Origin: Elainellaceae cyanobacterium
GTDB taxonomy: Bacteria > Cyanobacteriota > Cyanobacteriia > CAKZMO01
Assembly: GCA_050331115.1 (NCBI GenBank)
Contig: JBHJHD010000085.1
Location: 8,093 to 72,092, forward strand
Length of the DNA stretch: 64,000 nucleotides
Reading direction: 5' to 3'
Shown here: one piece after another, positions 63,916 to 64,000 of the stretch
Layout of the letters: each line of letters opens with the position of its first letter
Position numbering within the stretch: the first letter of the stretch is position 1
Notes under the pieces: model-generated
The model's database searches: none
Told to the model about the DNA's origin: nothing
What the model saw: only the letters and a program-made list of their open reading frames with translations
Translations under genes and position numbers: made by a program

Positions 63916-64000
63916 AAGTTAACGAGCCAGTATAAAGGCCCGCAGTATGGACAAAGTTGCGTGGTCTCTAATACTTACTCTAATTTTGTAGCCTCAGCGC

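Overview
GC-rich cyanobacterial chromosomal DNA. The HIP1 octamer GCGATCGC is scattered throughout (e.g. 197-204, 471-478, 486-493), and PAM68, cyanase, a Pix-type phototaxis operon and a HetZ-like gene are present. A filamentous Leptolyngbya-like source is only a guess. I support about 57 protein genes, 2 pseudogenes, 2 intrinsic terminators, 1 Pho box and a set of short repeats. I found no rRNA, tRNA, CRISPR array, transposase or integrase. Layout: (1) 1-2453, a caspase-STAND NTPase gene that runs off the left edge and is absent from the ORF track. (2) 3.2-5.3 kb, hflX and a VOC gene. (3) 4.9-8.9 kb, a lower-GC island with a truncated lipoprotein, an acidic LTD/beta-helix protein, an AT-rich spacer and a frameshifted Uma2 nuclease relic. 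(4) 9-16 kb, metabolic and housekeeping genes. (5) 16.3-20.7 kb, two unknowns, a long non-coding spacer, then a HetZ-like gene paired with a GspE/PilB homolog that lacks its ATPase core. (6) 20.7-27 kb, aroF, PAM68, rpsO, ruvA, spp, a DUF433/DUF5615 toxin-antitoxin pair, glsA and tpm. (7) 27-38.7 kb, a nutrient-scavenging block: cynA-B-D-S plus hupE, an AraC-type response regulator with a PAS kinase, a CDGSH protein, a phnE relic, and ptxA-B-C-D with a three-repeat Pho box. (8) 38.8-45.2 kb, transporters, an MscS-cNMP channel and a CobW-WD40 pair. (9) 45.2-63.9 kb, a minus-strand signalling block: pixG-H-I-J-L plus an extra cheW, three more two-component genes, a Crp regulator and a large hybrid kinase. 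PixJ and the large kinase both carry DXCF-lineage cyanobacteriochrome GAF domains with non-canonical motif residues. The candidates I rank highest are the HetZ-like/ATPase-less GspE pair, the variant CBCR photoreceptors, the extended CynA and the caspase-STAND gene. All functional calls rest on motif recognition by eye, and no database search was run. The ORF track shows alternative starts (GTG/TTG) as M, so several 5-prime ends are uncertain.
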